Shown here in pieces: positions 1 to 8,857 of a DNA stretch of 32,000 nt. Where the stretch lies: contig NC_009933.1 of the NCBI RefSeq assembly GCF_000018105.1, positions 60,001 to 92,000 of the forward strand, written 5' to 3'. How positions within the stretch are numbered: position 1 is the stretch's first letter; the number at the start of each line of letters is the position of its first letter. A model generated the notes under the pieces. It made no database searches and was not told where the DNA came from. It saw only the letters and a program-made list of their open reading frames with translations. The DNA is from Acaryochloris marina MBIC11017. Lineage in GTDB: Bacteria; Cyanobacteriota; Cyanobacteriia; Thermosynechococcales; Thermosynechococcaceae. The position numbers were made by a program, and so were the translations under genes.

Positions 1-1373
1 AGCCATTCATCAAAATGGTTAACATCACCCACTACTGCAGAAAGAGTGATGAGCTGTATCTGAAAACCTCGCTGCTTGGCAGATAGAAGATATGTGAGCA
101 GAAGTTCCACGCTTATTCCACGAGTTGGATCCGTTATAAACTGAGCCTCATCAAGGACGACTAGACCAAGCTGATTAAGCACCCCAGTATTGCTCACAAC
201 CAAGTTCAGAAACATTTCGTAAGTCAGTAAGGCTAAATCGTATTTGCCTCGAACAAAGAGATCGGTTTGATCTACATAATCACCACAGCAGCGGATAACC
301 CGCATTCCGAGGCCATCACCATACACTTGAGAGAACTGCTCATATTTTTCATTTGTGAGCGCTCGGTATGGAAGTAAAAATACAGCCTTACGGCCTTCGC
401 ATATTGCCTGGATTGCAGCCAGCTCACCCACAAATGTTTTCCCCGAACCAGTGGGTGCGATCGCTAATAGTGATGAACCATCAAGAATTCGATAATCATT
501 GATCGCTTGAAGCTGGAGGTCATTCAGGGTGGGAAACTGCTTGGCCCACTGGTTCAAGATTGTTAGGGGAAGGCCAAACCCGGCTAATTCTTGAATATCA
601 GCATCTACTCTTAACCCCCCTTTTTGAGGGAACTTAGTATAGAAATGCGGCCCCGGTTTAATGGGTGGAAGAACCAGCCCTCCAGTAACATGGCCAAAGA
701 GGACCGGAGTTTGCGCGATTCTCATCTTAATCGCAACGCTTCTGGCCTTCTCAACGACCTGGGCACTCATTTCTACTAAATCAATGGTCGGGGATGTTGT
801 TTCTATGAACGTATCAATCAATGCCTTGGTGAGTAACCCATGCCCTTCACCAGGAACCTCATAAGCCTCTTCACTCTCCCTAGATGCCGCAAGTAATATT
901 CTTCCCTCTCCAGCCAAGGTAGAAACGGACATGCTGATGCTCCTTGATACTGGGATATCTCCTAAAACTTTTGCTGGTGCCCCTCCACTAAAACAACAGT
1001 CAAGGATAAACAGCACTGCTTTAGCTTGAGTTTCCCGAAAATAGTGTGCTAGCTCCTCCATCGGGATTGTGGTGTCTGCTGGATCAGTGCGGCTCGTGTC
1101 ATGAGCCACGATTTGATGATTGGAAGTACCATGCCCCGAGAAAGAAAGGATCACGGTATCGTCTGAAGTTGCCGCTCCCAAAGTGGACTGCAGCAGTTGA
1201 CGAATTCCATGTAAAGAAGCGTCCTTATCGGTGATGAGTTTTGCTTGAATGTCAGGGATGGAGTCACTGAACAAGGCCCACAGTGCCTCAGCATCTCGTC
1301 TAGCACCTGTCAATTCAGGAATTGTGATGTCTGCGAAGCGATCTACACCGATAAATCCAGCCAGAAGAGCCAT
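1..1373 (-). CDS. Caspase-like (peptidase C14) domain fused to an SF2 DEAD/DEAH-type helicase; the 5' part is in the window and the gene runs off the left edge
   Basis: It is missing from the ORF track only because it has no stop in the window. Minus-strand translation from ATG 1373-1371 gives MALLAGFIGVDRFADITIPELTGARRDAEALWALFSDS. Then DDTVILSFSGHGTSNHQIVAHD (His codon ~1131-1133) and AKAVLFILDCCFSGGAP (Cys codons 994-999), the caspase/metacaspase His-Cys dyad context. Then LLAIAPTGSGKTFVGE (helicase motif I, ~441-470) and LVVLDEAQFITDPTRG (motif II, ~141-160). The frame appears open to position 1. Confidence 0.75.
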   Translation of the reverse strand, partial: MALLAGFIGVDRFADITIPELTGARRDAEALWALFSDSIPDIQAKLITDKDASLHGIRQLLQSTLGAATSDDTVILSFSGHGTSNHQIVAHDTSRTDPADTTIPMEELAHYFRETQAKAVLFILDCCFSGGAPAKVLGDIPVSRSISMSVSTLAGEGRILLAASRESEEAYEVPGEGHGLLTKALIDTFIETTSPTIDLVEMSAQVVEKARSVAIKMRIAQTPVLFGHVTGGLVLPPIKPGPHFYTKFPQKGGLRVDADIQELAGFGLPLTILNQWAKQFPTLNDLQLQAINDYRILDGSSLLAIAPTGSGKTFVGELAAIQAICEGRKAVFLLPYRALTNEKYEQFSQVYGDGLGMRVIRCCGDYVDQTDLFVRGKYDLALLTYEMFLNLVVSNTGVLNQLGLVVLDEAQFITDPTRGISVELLLTYLLSAKQRGFQIQLITLSAVVGDVNHFDEW

Positions 1374-1804
1374 TTTGATGAACCAAGCAATGCGAACCTA
1401 TATATAGTAGTCAAAAATAATTTATTCTGCCTTCAAACACTATATATGGACTAAATAATTCTTGCTATCATCAAATCTGTCTCCTGTGACTAACTCCGGC
1501 ATAGCTCGCCGGAAACTCAGATTGATGGGAAATGGCAATCAGTATTTTTTTGCTTTTGATTCGAGCTGACACAGGCAAAGCCGGAATAACAGTCTGACTA
1601 TGGGTACCATATACCTGAAGTAACCCACTATTCTTTAATGCCCAGCCTTACCAAAGTCGCTGAACTCACTGAGATCGCAACCTCAACCCTTGGTGAGTTC
1701 GCAACTGTGAAGTCATGATTATGCAGCAAAATCAATGATGGAAACGTAACAGATATGCCTGCTTATGCTGCAACTCCGAGGGCAGTCATCACCGTGGGTT
1801 GCCA

Positions 1805-2212
1805 TTATTGTGAAGATACATATTTCATCCAAGCCTGAAGCAGTTCATCTTCAGATATACCTCTGAGTTGATCTGTGTGTTCCAGCATTGCAGCAATAGC
1901 AACCCGAATTAGTGTATTTTCTGTAATCCTCTCCCCAGAGTTTTTTCTGGCCCTATTGAGCTGCCTTGCAAGCATTGTCAATTGATCTAAGTGCTCTTGA
2001 GGTAAGCGAATCTCTTTTCGCTCCATTGTCAGATACTTTGGAACTTCGTTACTTACAGACTCAGGAAGTTCTTGAGTTCCTTTAGCTAGTTCTACCTGAT
2101 GGCTAGACACATAATTATCTTTGACTTCAGAACTTTGTGAGTTAGATTCTTTGGAACTAACAGAGTTCGTAAGTTCGTTACTTAGTAAATCTGTTATTTT
2201 GCGTTTAGCCAT
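1805..2212 (-). CDS. Small partition adaptor (ParG/ParB-like, possibly ribbon-helix-helix C-terminus), partner of ParA
   Basis: 135-aa ORF whose ATG overlaps the parA stop (TAATG at 2210-2214). It has a Ser/Glu-rich N-terminus and then a basic helical part, KEIRLPQEHLDQLTMLARQLNRARKNSGERITENTLIRVAIAAMLEH. The call rests on size, position and coupling to a small ParA, not on a strong motif. Confidence 0.5.
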   Translation of the reverse strand: MAKRKITDLLSNELTNSVSSKESNSQSSEVKDNYVSSHQVELAKGTQELPESVSNEVPKYLTMERKEIRLPQEHLDQLTMLARQLNRARKNSGERITENTLIRVAIAAMLEHTDQLRGISEDELLQAWMKYVSSQ

Positions 2213-2853
2213 TATTTTTGACCCTTCAACTCTCTTACAAGTTCATCAACCACTTTTCGATAGTCGTTTGCAGCTTCTTTCCCACCAGAACCTTTGTATT
2301 CAGTAATGAGTTTGCCATCTAGTATTGCCCTTTCATGAGCTACCAAATAGCGCACTACAGCGTTAAAAACTGGAATATCTTCATCCATTAGTTGTGACTG
2401 CATGTCTAGTGCCTCATTGATCCGACGACTATCTACACGCGAAAGCAATACACGGTAGGCAGTTTCTGAAGGAACTACCACTTGCCCAATAGTTCTAGTT
2501 AGCTCTCTAATATCTAACGGGGAAGGAGGTGATGGAAGTATCGCAAAATCAGAAAGCTTAAGAGTGATGGTCAGTGTCTCATTATCCAAGCCAGGAGGTG
2601 TGTCGCAGAGTATATAGTCATACCCACCTATTTTCCTTAGCTTAGATATGACATTGTGATCAGTTTCATGAGCCACATCAAATCCTGGTGATGCTCGATC
2701 ACTTATCCAAGACAAGCTACCCTGTGGGTCAGTGTCTATAACTAAAACCTTTGTCTTACGCTTTTTTGAGAGGAATGCTGCAACACTCAATGCCGTAGTT
2801 GTCTTACAGCTCCCCCCTTTTCCTGAAGCGATTGTGATGATTTGCATTACCAC
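2212..2853 (-). CDS. parA: ParA-family partition ATPase (small, type Ib-like)
   Basis: IASGKGGSCKTTTA is a deviant Walker A; VLVIDTDPQGS; YDYILCDTPPG is Walker B. 213 aa counted from GTG 2853; ATG at 2847 (MQIITIASGKGG) may be the real start. Confidence 0.9.
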   Translation of the reverse strand: MVMQIITIASGKGGSCKTTTALSVAAFLSKKRKTKVLVIDTDPQGSLSWISDRASPGFDVAHETDHNVISKLRKIGGYDYILCDTPPGLDNETLTITLKLSDFAILPSPPSPLDIRELTRTIGQVVVPSETAYRVLLSRVDSRRINEALDMQSQLMDEDIPVFNAVVRYLVAHERAILDGKLITEYKGSGGKEAANDYRKVVDELVRELKGQK

Positions 2854-2879
2854 CTAATTAAAGATACTTGCAGTTTTAC

Positions 2880-3635
2880 ATAAAGTCTGTAAGTTTGTAA
2901 CCCATAGAATTCCTGGCTTACAAACTTACAGACTTATAAGCCTTTGGACTATGCAGCAGATTGTATGTATCCATGCCTAGTCAATGATCTACAGACTTAC
3001 GAATTTACGAACTTCGGAACTTACTGAGATACTGAGTTGTAAACTTTGGAGACTACAAAGCATGTGACTTTGTTACCCACAAGTTTGTGAGCATATAAGA
3101 TACTAACTTATATAGTTACGAGCTTACAGACTTCCATAGTGACAAGCCTACAAATTTAAAAGCTGCCAGATATAAACAATCAACTTACGAGTTTACTGAC
3201 TTTGAAAGTAACAAACTTACAGAGTTGCTGATTTACAGAGAATATAGCTCAGGTATCTATAAACAAGCACAAGCTTTACTCATTTCAATCAAACAAACGA
3301 AGTTACGAACTTACGGACTAACATAGTTACGAGCTTAAAAAGTTAAAAACTGTCAGACAGAAACAACCAACATACTGATTTTCAGGCTTTGGAGACAACT
3401 AGCTTACAGAGTTCGTAACTCTGATACCTGTAAACTTATGTACTTAGTTAGTTACAGAGTTACTAACTTACGGAGTCTTGAACTTTACACACTACAATCT
3501 AAGGAAGTTACGGACTTACAGACTAATCTAGCTACAGACTTACAAAGTTTTTAACCATCAGCTATGAACAACCAGCAAACAGACTTACGGACTCCGAAAA
3601 TAACAGACTTACAGAATATCAAGCTTACGAAATAT
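2880..3635. repeat. Degenerate iteron-like repeat array (CTTAC[AG] core); candidate centromere and/or origin
   Basis: About 750 bp with no credible ORF, lying upstream of parA. Exact CTTAC[AG] starts at 2917, 2925, 2996, 3123, 3184, 3216, 3310, 3403, 3467, 3515, 3539, 3584, 3608 and 3624. GTTAC[AG]/TTTAC[AG] variants start at 3004, 3115, 3232, 3302, 3326, 3451 and 3507. The extended form ACAGACTTAC starts at 2991, 3534, 3579 and 3603. A ~22-nt motif (ctgccagatataaacaatcaac / ctgtcagacagaaacaaccaac / ccatcagctatgaacaaccagc) starts at 3163, 3350 and 3555, giving a ~190-205 bp super-period. Confidence 0.75.
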
Positions 3636-3637
3636 TT

Positions 3638-3680
3638 CTCACCCCTAGACCCAAGCTACCCGCTCTCGATCCAGGTATAT
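3638..3680 (-). repeat. Short terminal fragment of the dispersed X-gene 3' end (copy F)
   Basis: tctcacccctagacccaagctacccgctctcgatccaggtat closely resembles the 3' end of copy D (21786-21830, attcaccccctacactttgccacccgctcccgatccaggtat). Only about the last 13 codons are present. Confidence 0.4.
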
Positions 3681-3685
3681 GCATA

Positions 3686-3721
3686 CTGTCTTTTCAATTA
3701 ACTCTGTCTTTTCAATTAACT
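3686..3721. repeat. Perfect tandem duplication of an 18-bp unit
   Basis: ctgtcttttcaattaact occurs at 3686-3703 and again at 3704-3721. It lies between the iteron-like array and the stop of the ParB-like gene. Confidence 0.9.
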
Positions 3722-3783
3722 GGGCTTAATCATAGAGTTATACCTAGGAACGGTAAACCTCAACAAGAGCAATTACAAACAGG

Positions 3784-4704
3784 TTAAGCAGTCAATAAAT
3801 CAACAAGCTCAGCCTTCTTGATACCCTTTGGTACTGTAATTTCTCGCTGTATAGCCTCTTTTTTCAGATCAGAAACTTTCATCTGTTCGAGTAGATACCG
3901 CACATTATTAAGATAAGGTGGAGCGCATGGCTTCAAATGAAGTATCTGATCTAGTCCTTTAAGCTTTGAAGGAGTTAAACCACACTTCAGTTTGGTCAAA
4001 GGCTTGTAATCATGCCAATAGAGACGTTCTTTAGATGAAAAAATAGCACTGGCAAGCTTTGTAAGATTTACATCTACTAACTTACACTGAGGTAAACACG
4101 CTGCTGTCTCAAAGGCTTCTAATAACTCAGCTTCTGATGCAGTATTTAAAATGATTGGGTTTATTTCAATGGGTAAAGGAGCTGCATCAAACACTTCTGA
4201 TAATACTTGAAGCTTACTCTTCGTAAGACCACACTTAAGCTTCGTCAAAGGTGTGAGCGAAGACCATCCCCGCCGGCCAGCAGCCTGGTAAATTCGATCT
4301 GCTACTAGTGCAATGTCTAACTTACCTAATTTTCCACGCAGATGCTGTAACGCAGCAAAAATCATGTCATACTCAGCGCTACAGATATTGATTGTGAGAG
4401 GTATTTGACCAGTTAATAGCTTCACTTGTTCTTCCGCTGAAGCATCTTCTGGAACAACAGCAACCCATACATACTCTTGTCCAGCAGCTTCCATTGCTAG
4501 AAGAATATGCTCATTACTTATCGCCTGATATTGTCGAGGTTCCGGTTCTTGCACTATTACTGGGATCCAATTTCGTAAATCTGGCTCCTGCAATATTGAG
4601 GAAAGTGCTGCAATCTGAAAACCGGACCCCTGTGATTCATCAGAAACTTGGACTTGTTCAATAGGTACTTGAATAAGCTGTCCAATATCTTTAAGGCTTA
4701 ACAT
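3784..4704 (-). CDS. ParB/Srx-like N-domain protein with an internal duplicated motif and a Rho_N/SAP-like C-terminus
   Basis: 306-aa ORF whose ATG overlaps the stop of the upstream ParA-type gene (TAATG 4702-4706). IPVIVQEPEPRQYQAISNEHILLAMEAAGQEYVWVAVV has the layout of ParB N-domains but lacks the GERR arginine patch. There are two copies of PLTKLKCGLT.SKL (nt ~4190-4260 and ~3936-4008). The C-terminal KKAELVDLLTA is Rho_N/SAP-like. Confidence 0.4.
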   Translation of the reverse strand: MLSLKDIGQLIQVPIEQVQVSDESQGSGFQIAALSSILQEPDLRNWIPVIVQEPEPRQYQAISNEHILLAMEAAGQEYVWVAVVPEDASAEEQVKLLTGQIPLTINICSAEYDMIFAALQHLRGKLGKLDIALVADRIYQAAGRRGWSSLTPLTKLKCGLTKSKLQVLSEVFDAAPLPIEINPIILNTASEAELLEAFETAACLPQCKLVDVNLTKLASAIFSSKERLYWHDYKPLTKLKCGLTPSKLKGLDQILHLKPCAPPYLNNVRYLLEQMKVSDLKKEAIQREITVPKGIKKAELVDLLTA

Positions 4705-6092
4705 TAGAGCAATACCTCCCGAATCAGATGTTCATAAACCTGCTTAGCACGCCGATATCTCAATGGGGCAGGAACATATTTGGGGCCTTCCAATGGGGCA
4801 CGACAAATCTCAATTTTGTATGGCAATTCAAAGCAGTGTTGACCTCTTCTAAATCTTTTTGGTGGCATATAAAAGAAGTTATTAAAAGCATCTTTCCACT
4901 CATTGTTCTTTGCAACTATATCTGCTAAATATCTATAACAGTTTCGGGCTTGTGCATCAGTATGCTGATATTGGTTAAGCACAAGGGGAAGTAAGTTCGG
5001 CCCTCCTTCCTCAAGAGCAGCCCGCCTCTGATTAACTTGAGGGATGAAATTGGTTACTAGAGCTTCTAAATTCCTGAGAGATGCACGGTCAATATGACTA
5101 GCTGGGACTAACAAGGTGTCAGACGCCTGAACACCTGCTTGGGCAAACCATCTCCAATTGGGCGGCATATCAATCAGAATATAGTCATAGTCTTTTGATA
5201 ATTCTTTTAGGCGATTTCTAAGAAACTCAAGACGAATTTCTTGCTGAATTTTTACATCATGTGACTCTAGAAAGCTTTTATCAGCAGGTATAAGGTCAAA
5301 TTGTACCTGTTGTTTTCCTTGGCTGAAAGAACAATGCTGAATAATGGCTTTACCGGGTACTTTTCCTTTTAAGAAATTCCATACTTTCCCTTCAACAACT
5401 GGTTGTTGAAGGGAATCCGTAAGATCTGCTTGGTTAGGATCGAAGTCAACTAGCAAAACCTTTTTCTGACTTTGTGCTAGAACAATACCCAAATTAGTGG
5501 TAAGAGTAGTTTTCCCAATTCCACCTTTGTTGTTGTAGACACCAATAATGATTCCACGCTTATCTTCTTGAAGAATTCTCAATAAGCAGTTTGAAACTTC
5601 CTGAGCGTTTTGAGTATTTAACGAAAGAATAGATGTTGCAGGGTGAACAACCTTGTGAAATCGCTTAAATAGTTGTAATTCCCAACCGTTAGATATTAAT
5701 CCAAAGTGAGCACTCATTGCATTGTTACCAAGCAGTTGCTCTTTCAATTGTGCAAAGGCTTTCCAGTAATGAGGGCTGTTAAGAGACAGTTGTTGGCCTG
5801 TTGATTTCAGCTCAACCAGTAAAAAGGGATCTTTTTGTTGCTGAAAGAAATTATTGCCTTCTTTATCTGGGTAACGGCAAGCGATATCAGATTTTCGTGA
5901 TGGGCTTGAATTAGCCTTGAATTGTGGGACTCGATCAAGCTGTCCAAACTCAAGAGTTACCAGTAGCTTCTCTATGATAGGGGTTACAACATTACCTTCA
6001 TCTCCAGACCCTCTAACTGTTGGTCTTGAATCTAGCTGTAATTTCAATTCTGCTAGTGCATGTTCACTGATCTTTGGCATTAATTTAAGCAT
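4704..6092 (-). CDS. Fusion of an HsdR_N-type PD-(D/E)xK-like domain to a ParA/MinD-family ATPase
   Basis: 462 aa. The N-terminal ~150 aa read VVTPIIEKLL..LEFGQL...KSDIACRY...DPFLLVELKS...AFAQLKEQL...GLISNGWELQLF. This matches the D...ExK, Q-L and NG-x-E pattern of type I restriction HsdR N-terminal folds. The C-terminal half has VYNNKGGIGKTTLTTNLG (deviant Walker A), LLVDFDPNQ and YDYILIDMPP (Walker B). Confidence 0.65.
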   Translation of the reverse strand: MLKLMPKISEHALAELKLQLDSRPTVRGSGDEGNVVTPIIEKLLVTLEFGQLDRVPQFKANSSPSRKSDIACRYPDKEGNNFFQQQKDPFLLVELKSTGQQLSLNSPHYWKAFAQLKEQLLGNNAMSAHFGLISNGWELQLFKRFHKVVHPATSILSLNTQNAQEVSNCLLRILQEDKRGIIIGVYNNKGGIGKTTLTTNLGIVLAQSQKKVLLVDFDPNQADLTDSLQQPVVEGKVWNFLKGKVPGKAIIQHCSFSQGKQQVQFDLIPADKSFLESHDVKIQQEIRLEFLRNRLKELSKDYDYILIDMPPNWRWFAQAGVQASDTLLVPASHIDRASLRNLEALVTNFIPQVNQRRAALEEGGPNLLPLVLNQYQHTDAQARNCYRYLADIVAKNNEWKDAFNNFFYMPPKRFRRGQHCFELPYKIEICRAPLEGPKYVPAPLRYRRAKQVYEHLIREVLL

Positions 6093-6483
6093 TCCCTGAA
6101 AAATCGATTATTTCCGCTGCTCGAATTGAAATAATTTTCTGAGTTAGCTACAACAAACCATGCACAAAATTTAAATATTTGAAATTTGAGATGGATTATT
6201 TTTTAGTGCTTTAAAAATTATGCCCAGTAAAGAATACTTATTCATACACTCAATTAACTTTGTATAGCTAAGTACCTTTGGACGATTGTGGGAAGGTAAA
6301 GATGATCTGCTTGAGGCACGAAGAAATAAAGTATCAAAGCTTAAGTCATGTCAAAGCCTAAATCGATTCCAACCTTTCGCTTAAATGCCCGTATAGTAAA
6401 GGTTATAATCAACATCGACTAAAACTTGTCATTTTTTTAAAGGGGTTTGCAAGCTACTCAATAGCGACTTACACAACAACCAG

Positions 6484-6790
6484 TCACCCCCAAACCATAC
6501 TCACCCGCTCCCGATCCAACTACACCCCGATCATCTCCTCGATCCGCTCAATGGTTTCCCCTGGCCGCAGACTTAAAACCTGCAACACGTCGAATGTGTA
6601 CTCCAATTCAAGGGTGTACTCGAAACAAAATTCAGGCGTTGCAAATGAAATTTTGATGAATGGCTTACTACTGCCTTCGACGGTGATCCATTAATTCCCT
6701 GAGCTGCTTCGGGACACCGTGAGATACTCAAGTTGACCCTTTTGCCTGATCTGCTGAACCAAGTTCTTTGTTTGTCATCAAGCTCAATGA
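6484..6790 (-). pseudogene. Decayed copy (A) of the small gene X
   Basis: Minus-strand translation is collinear with the intact copy at 17485-18123: QTKNLVQQIRQKGQLEYLTVSRSSSGN*WITVEGSSKPFIKISFATPEFCFEYTLELEYTFDVLQVLSLRPGETIERIEEMIGV*LDRERVSMVWG*. It has two in-frame stops. Upstream of it the frame is broken by further stops. Confidence 0.7.
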
Positions 6791-7120
6791 TTTTTCGATC
6801 AGCACCTTGCCTAACAATCGAGGATGAGTTTTATGCCATGGATTGGACAAACAGGGATTTCGTCTTCTCGATTCGTGCGATACCAATACTGATTGCATTT
6901 TTCGACGTGACAGACATACCGAGGGTATTAGACGACAATCGAGCTGACGGATTAATGACGATGTCACGTCGGCTATAGCTATGAAGAAACCAGGCATCCC
7001 CTGAGAAGGATAAAACTAGATCTCAATTCCCTAGAAATGATGTGTGAGATCGCGTTTCTAGAATTCAATCTCAAGAAAAAAGACACTTTTTACATCCCTA
7101 ATCAATAGAGGGCTGTACAA

Positions 7121-8857
7121 GTGCCTAACAAAAGAATTGATTCCTATCATACTCGTGTTTATATGAACGGAAGAGACCTCGGCTTAAAACAAGCTGATGC
7201 AGCTTACATTGCCGAAATATCTACAAGAACCGGACAACGAATTGAGGCCGGCACCCATCAACCTAATCGCGGCCGCCTTCAGGACCAACGCACCGTTCCC
7301 GACCCCTTAGCTGATGTGTGGGAAGACGAGCTAGAACCAATGCTGCGTCGAGACCCACGCCTCAAACCCATGACCCTGTATGAGTACCTGCAGGATAAGT
7401 ATCCAGGCCAGTATCCCCAAGTCCTGCGGACCCTACAACGTCGGGTGAGAACGTGGAAAGCCTTACATGGACCAAGCCCTGAAGTGATGTTTGAATTGCG
7501 TCATGAACCAGGGGTACAAGGGTTCTCCGATTTTACAGAACTCAAAGGCATCACGATTACCATTGCCGGCAAACCCTTTGAGCACCTGATTTACCATTAC
7601 CGTCTGGGATACAGCGGCTGGCGATATGCCCAGATCATCGAAGGAGGCGAAAGCTTTGTCGCCCTCTCAGAAGGATTGCAAAATGCCTTTGCAGCCTGTG
7701 GAGGTGTTCCTACACAGCATCGTACTGATAGTTTGAGTGCAGCCTATCGCAACATGGGCGGCCGCCGGTCCAAAAACCTCACTCGTCTGTACGACGAACT
7801 GTGTGACCACTATCGGCTAGAACCCACTCGTAACAACAAAGGTGTAGCCCATGAGAATGGCTCCATTGAATCTCCCCATGGTCATCTGAAGAACCGAATT
7901 AAGCAGGCGATCTATCTGCGCGGCAGTGCAGATTTTACGAGCGTTGCTGAGTATCAAGCCTTAATTGATGCACAGGTTGCCAAGTTGAATCAGCAGTGCC
8001 AAACCAAGTATGAGCAAGAGAAAGACCATCTACAACCACTGCCCAAATATCGAACCCCTGACTATGAAGTGCTCACGGCTAAAGTCAGCAAACGCAGCAC
8101 CATCGATGTTCGCTGCATTCTATACACCGTCCCTTCTCGACTGATTGGTCGTCAATTGGAACTGCATCTATACCATGACCGGATTGTCGGCTATCTGGAG
8201 CGACACCCGGTGGTGGAATTGCCGAGGAAGCGCGTCAGTGGCAAAGGCAAACGTCGCGACCGTTGCATCAACTATCGCCATGTTATTGGTTCAATGCGAT
8301 TGAAGCCTCGTGCTTTTATCTATTGCACCTGGCAATCAGACCTACTTCCCAATCCTGAATACCGCCAAATCTGGGAACAGCTCAAAGCCCAATTTGACCT
8401 GGAGCAGGCTGCCAAGATCATCGTGGAAGCCCTGTATATTGCTGCGGTTCAAGATAAAGAACAGGCCGTAGCAGTGTACTTACAGCAGCAGCTTCGCTCA
8501 TCCAGCCTTACCCTCAATCGCCTGAAAAAACAGTTTGAGCCGCCTCAGATGAAGCAGGTTCCTGAACTCAGCATTGAACAACATTCACTTGAACTTTATG
8601 ACAAACTCCTCCCCTCCTGCTCAGTCCCCGCTGAGCCCCTACCAGCACCTGAGCCTCTATTTAAAAAAGCTCAGGCTCTCCCACATGTTGACCCATTGGG
8701 AATCTATCGAATCCCAAGCCATGCAGGAAAACTGGTCTTATGCGGAATTCTTACTAGCCTTGTGCGAAACGGAGGCCCAACGAAGAGAACAAGCTCGTCT
8801 AAAACGTGCCCTCACCGAAGCCAGGCTCCCAAACGCAAAAAGTTTTACCAACTTTGA
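7121..8857 (+). CDS. istA: IS21-family transposase IstA
   Basis: 578-aa ORF (GTG start) with a DDE integrase-type core (FSDFTELKG..., HRTDSLSAAYRN, GVAHENGSIESPHGHLKN) and the typical C-terminal EQHSLELYDKLL region. The ORF then continues ~86 codons into istB in another frame. Confidence 0.85.
   Translation: MPNKRIDSYHTRVYMNGRDLGLKQADAAYIAEISTRTGQRIEAGTHQPNRGRLQDQRTVPDPLADVWEDELEPMLRRDPRLKPMTLYEYLQDKYPGQYPQVLRTLQRRVRTWKALHGPSPEVMFELRHEPGVQGFSDFTELKGITITIAGKPFEHLIYHYRLGYSGWRYAQIIEGGESFVALSEGLQNAFAACGGVPTQHRTDSLSAAYRNMGGRRSKNLTRLYDELCDHYRLEPTRNNKGVAHENGSIESPHGHLKNRIKQAIYLRGSADFTSVAEYQALIDAQVAKLNQQCQTKYEQEKDHLQPLPKYRTPDYEVLTAKVSKRSTIDVRCILYTVPSRLIGRQLELHLYHDRIVGYLERHPVVELPRKRVSGKGKRRDRCINYRHVIGSMRLKPRAFIYCTWQSDLLPNPEYRQIWEQLKAQFDLEQAAKIIVEALYIAAVQDKEQAVAVYLQQQLRSSSLTLNRLKKQFEPPQMKQVPELSIEQHSLELYDKLLPSCSVPAEPLPAPEPLFKKAQALPHVDPLGIYRIPSHAGKLVLCGILTSLVRNGGPTKRTSSSKTCPHRSQAPKRKKFYQL

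Noticed and set aside
661-1454. Plus-strand ORFs 661-864, 1046-1234 and 1245-1454
   Set aside because: They lie antisense to the caspase-helicase ORF, which carries clear catalytic and helicase motifs. They have no motifs of their own.
2880-3635. Possible CRISPR array or tandem satellite in the CTTAC[AG] field
   Set aside because: There is no constant-length repeat alternating with unique spacers. The motif is short (8-13 nt), degenerate and irregularly spaced. That fits protein-binding iterons better.
6728-6997. Overlapping ORF pair 6728-6997 (-) and 6733-6978 (+)
   Set aside because: The region is a patchwork of a decayed X copy and a degraded paralog of the 9495-9893 gene. Neither ORF corresponds to the homologous reading frame, so they are probably chance ORFs in pseudogenised DNA.
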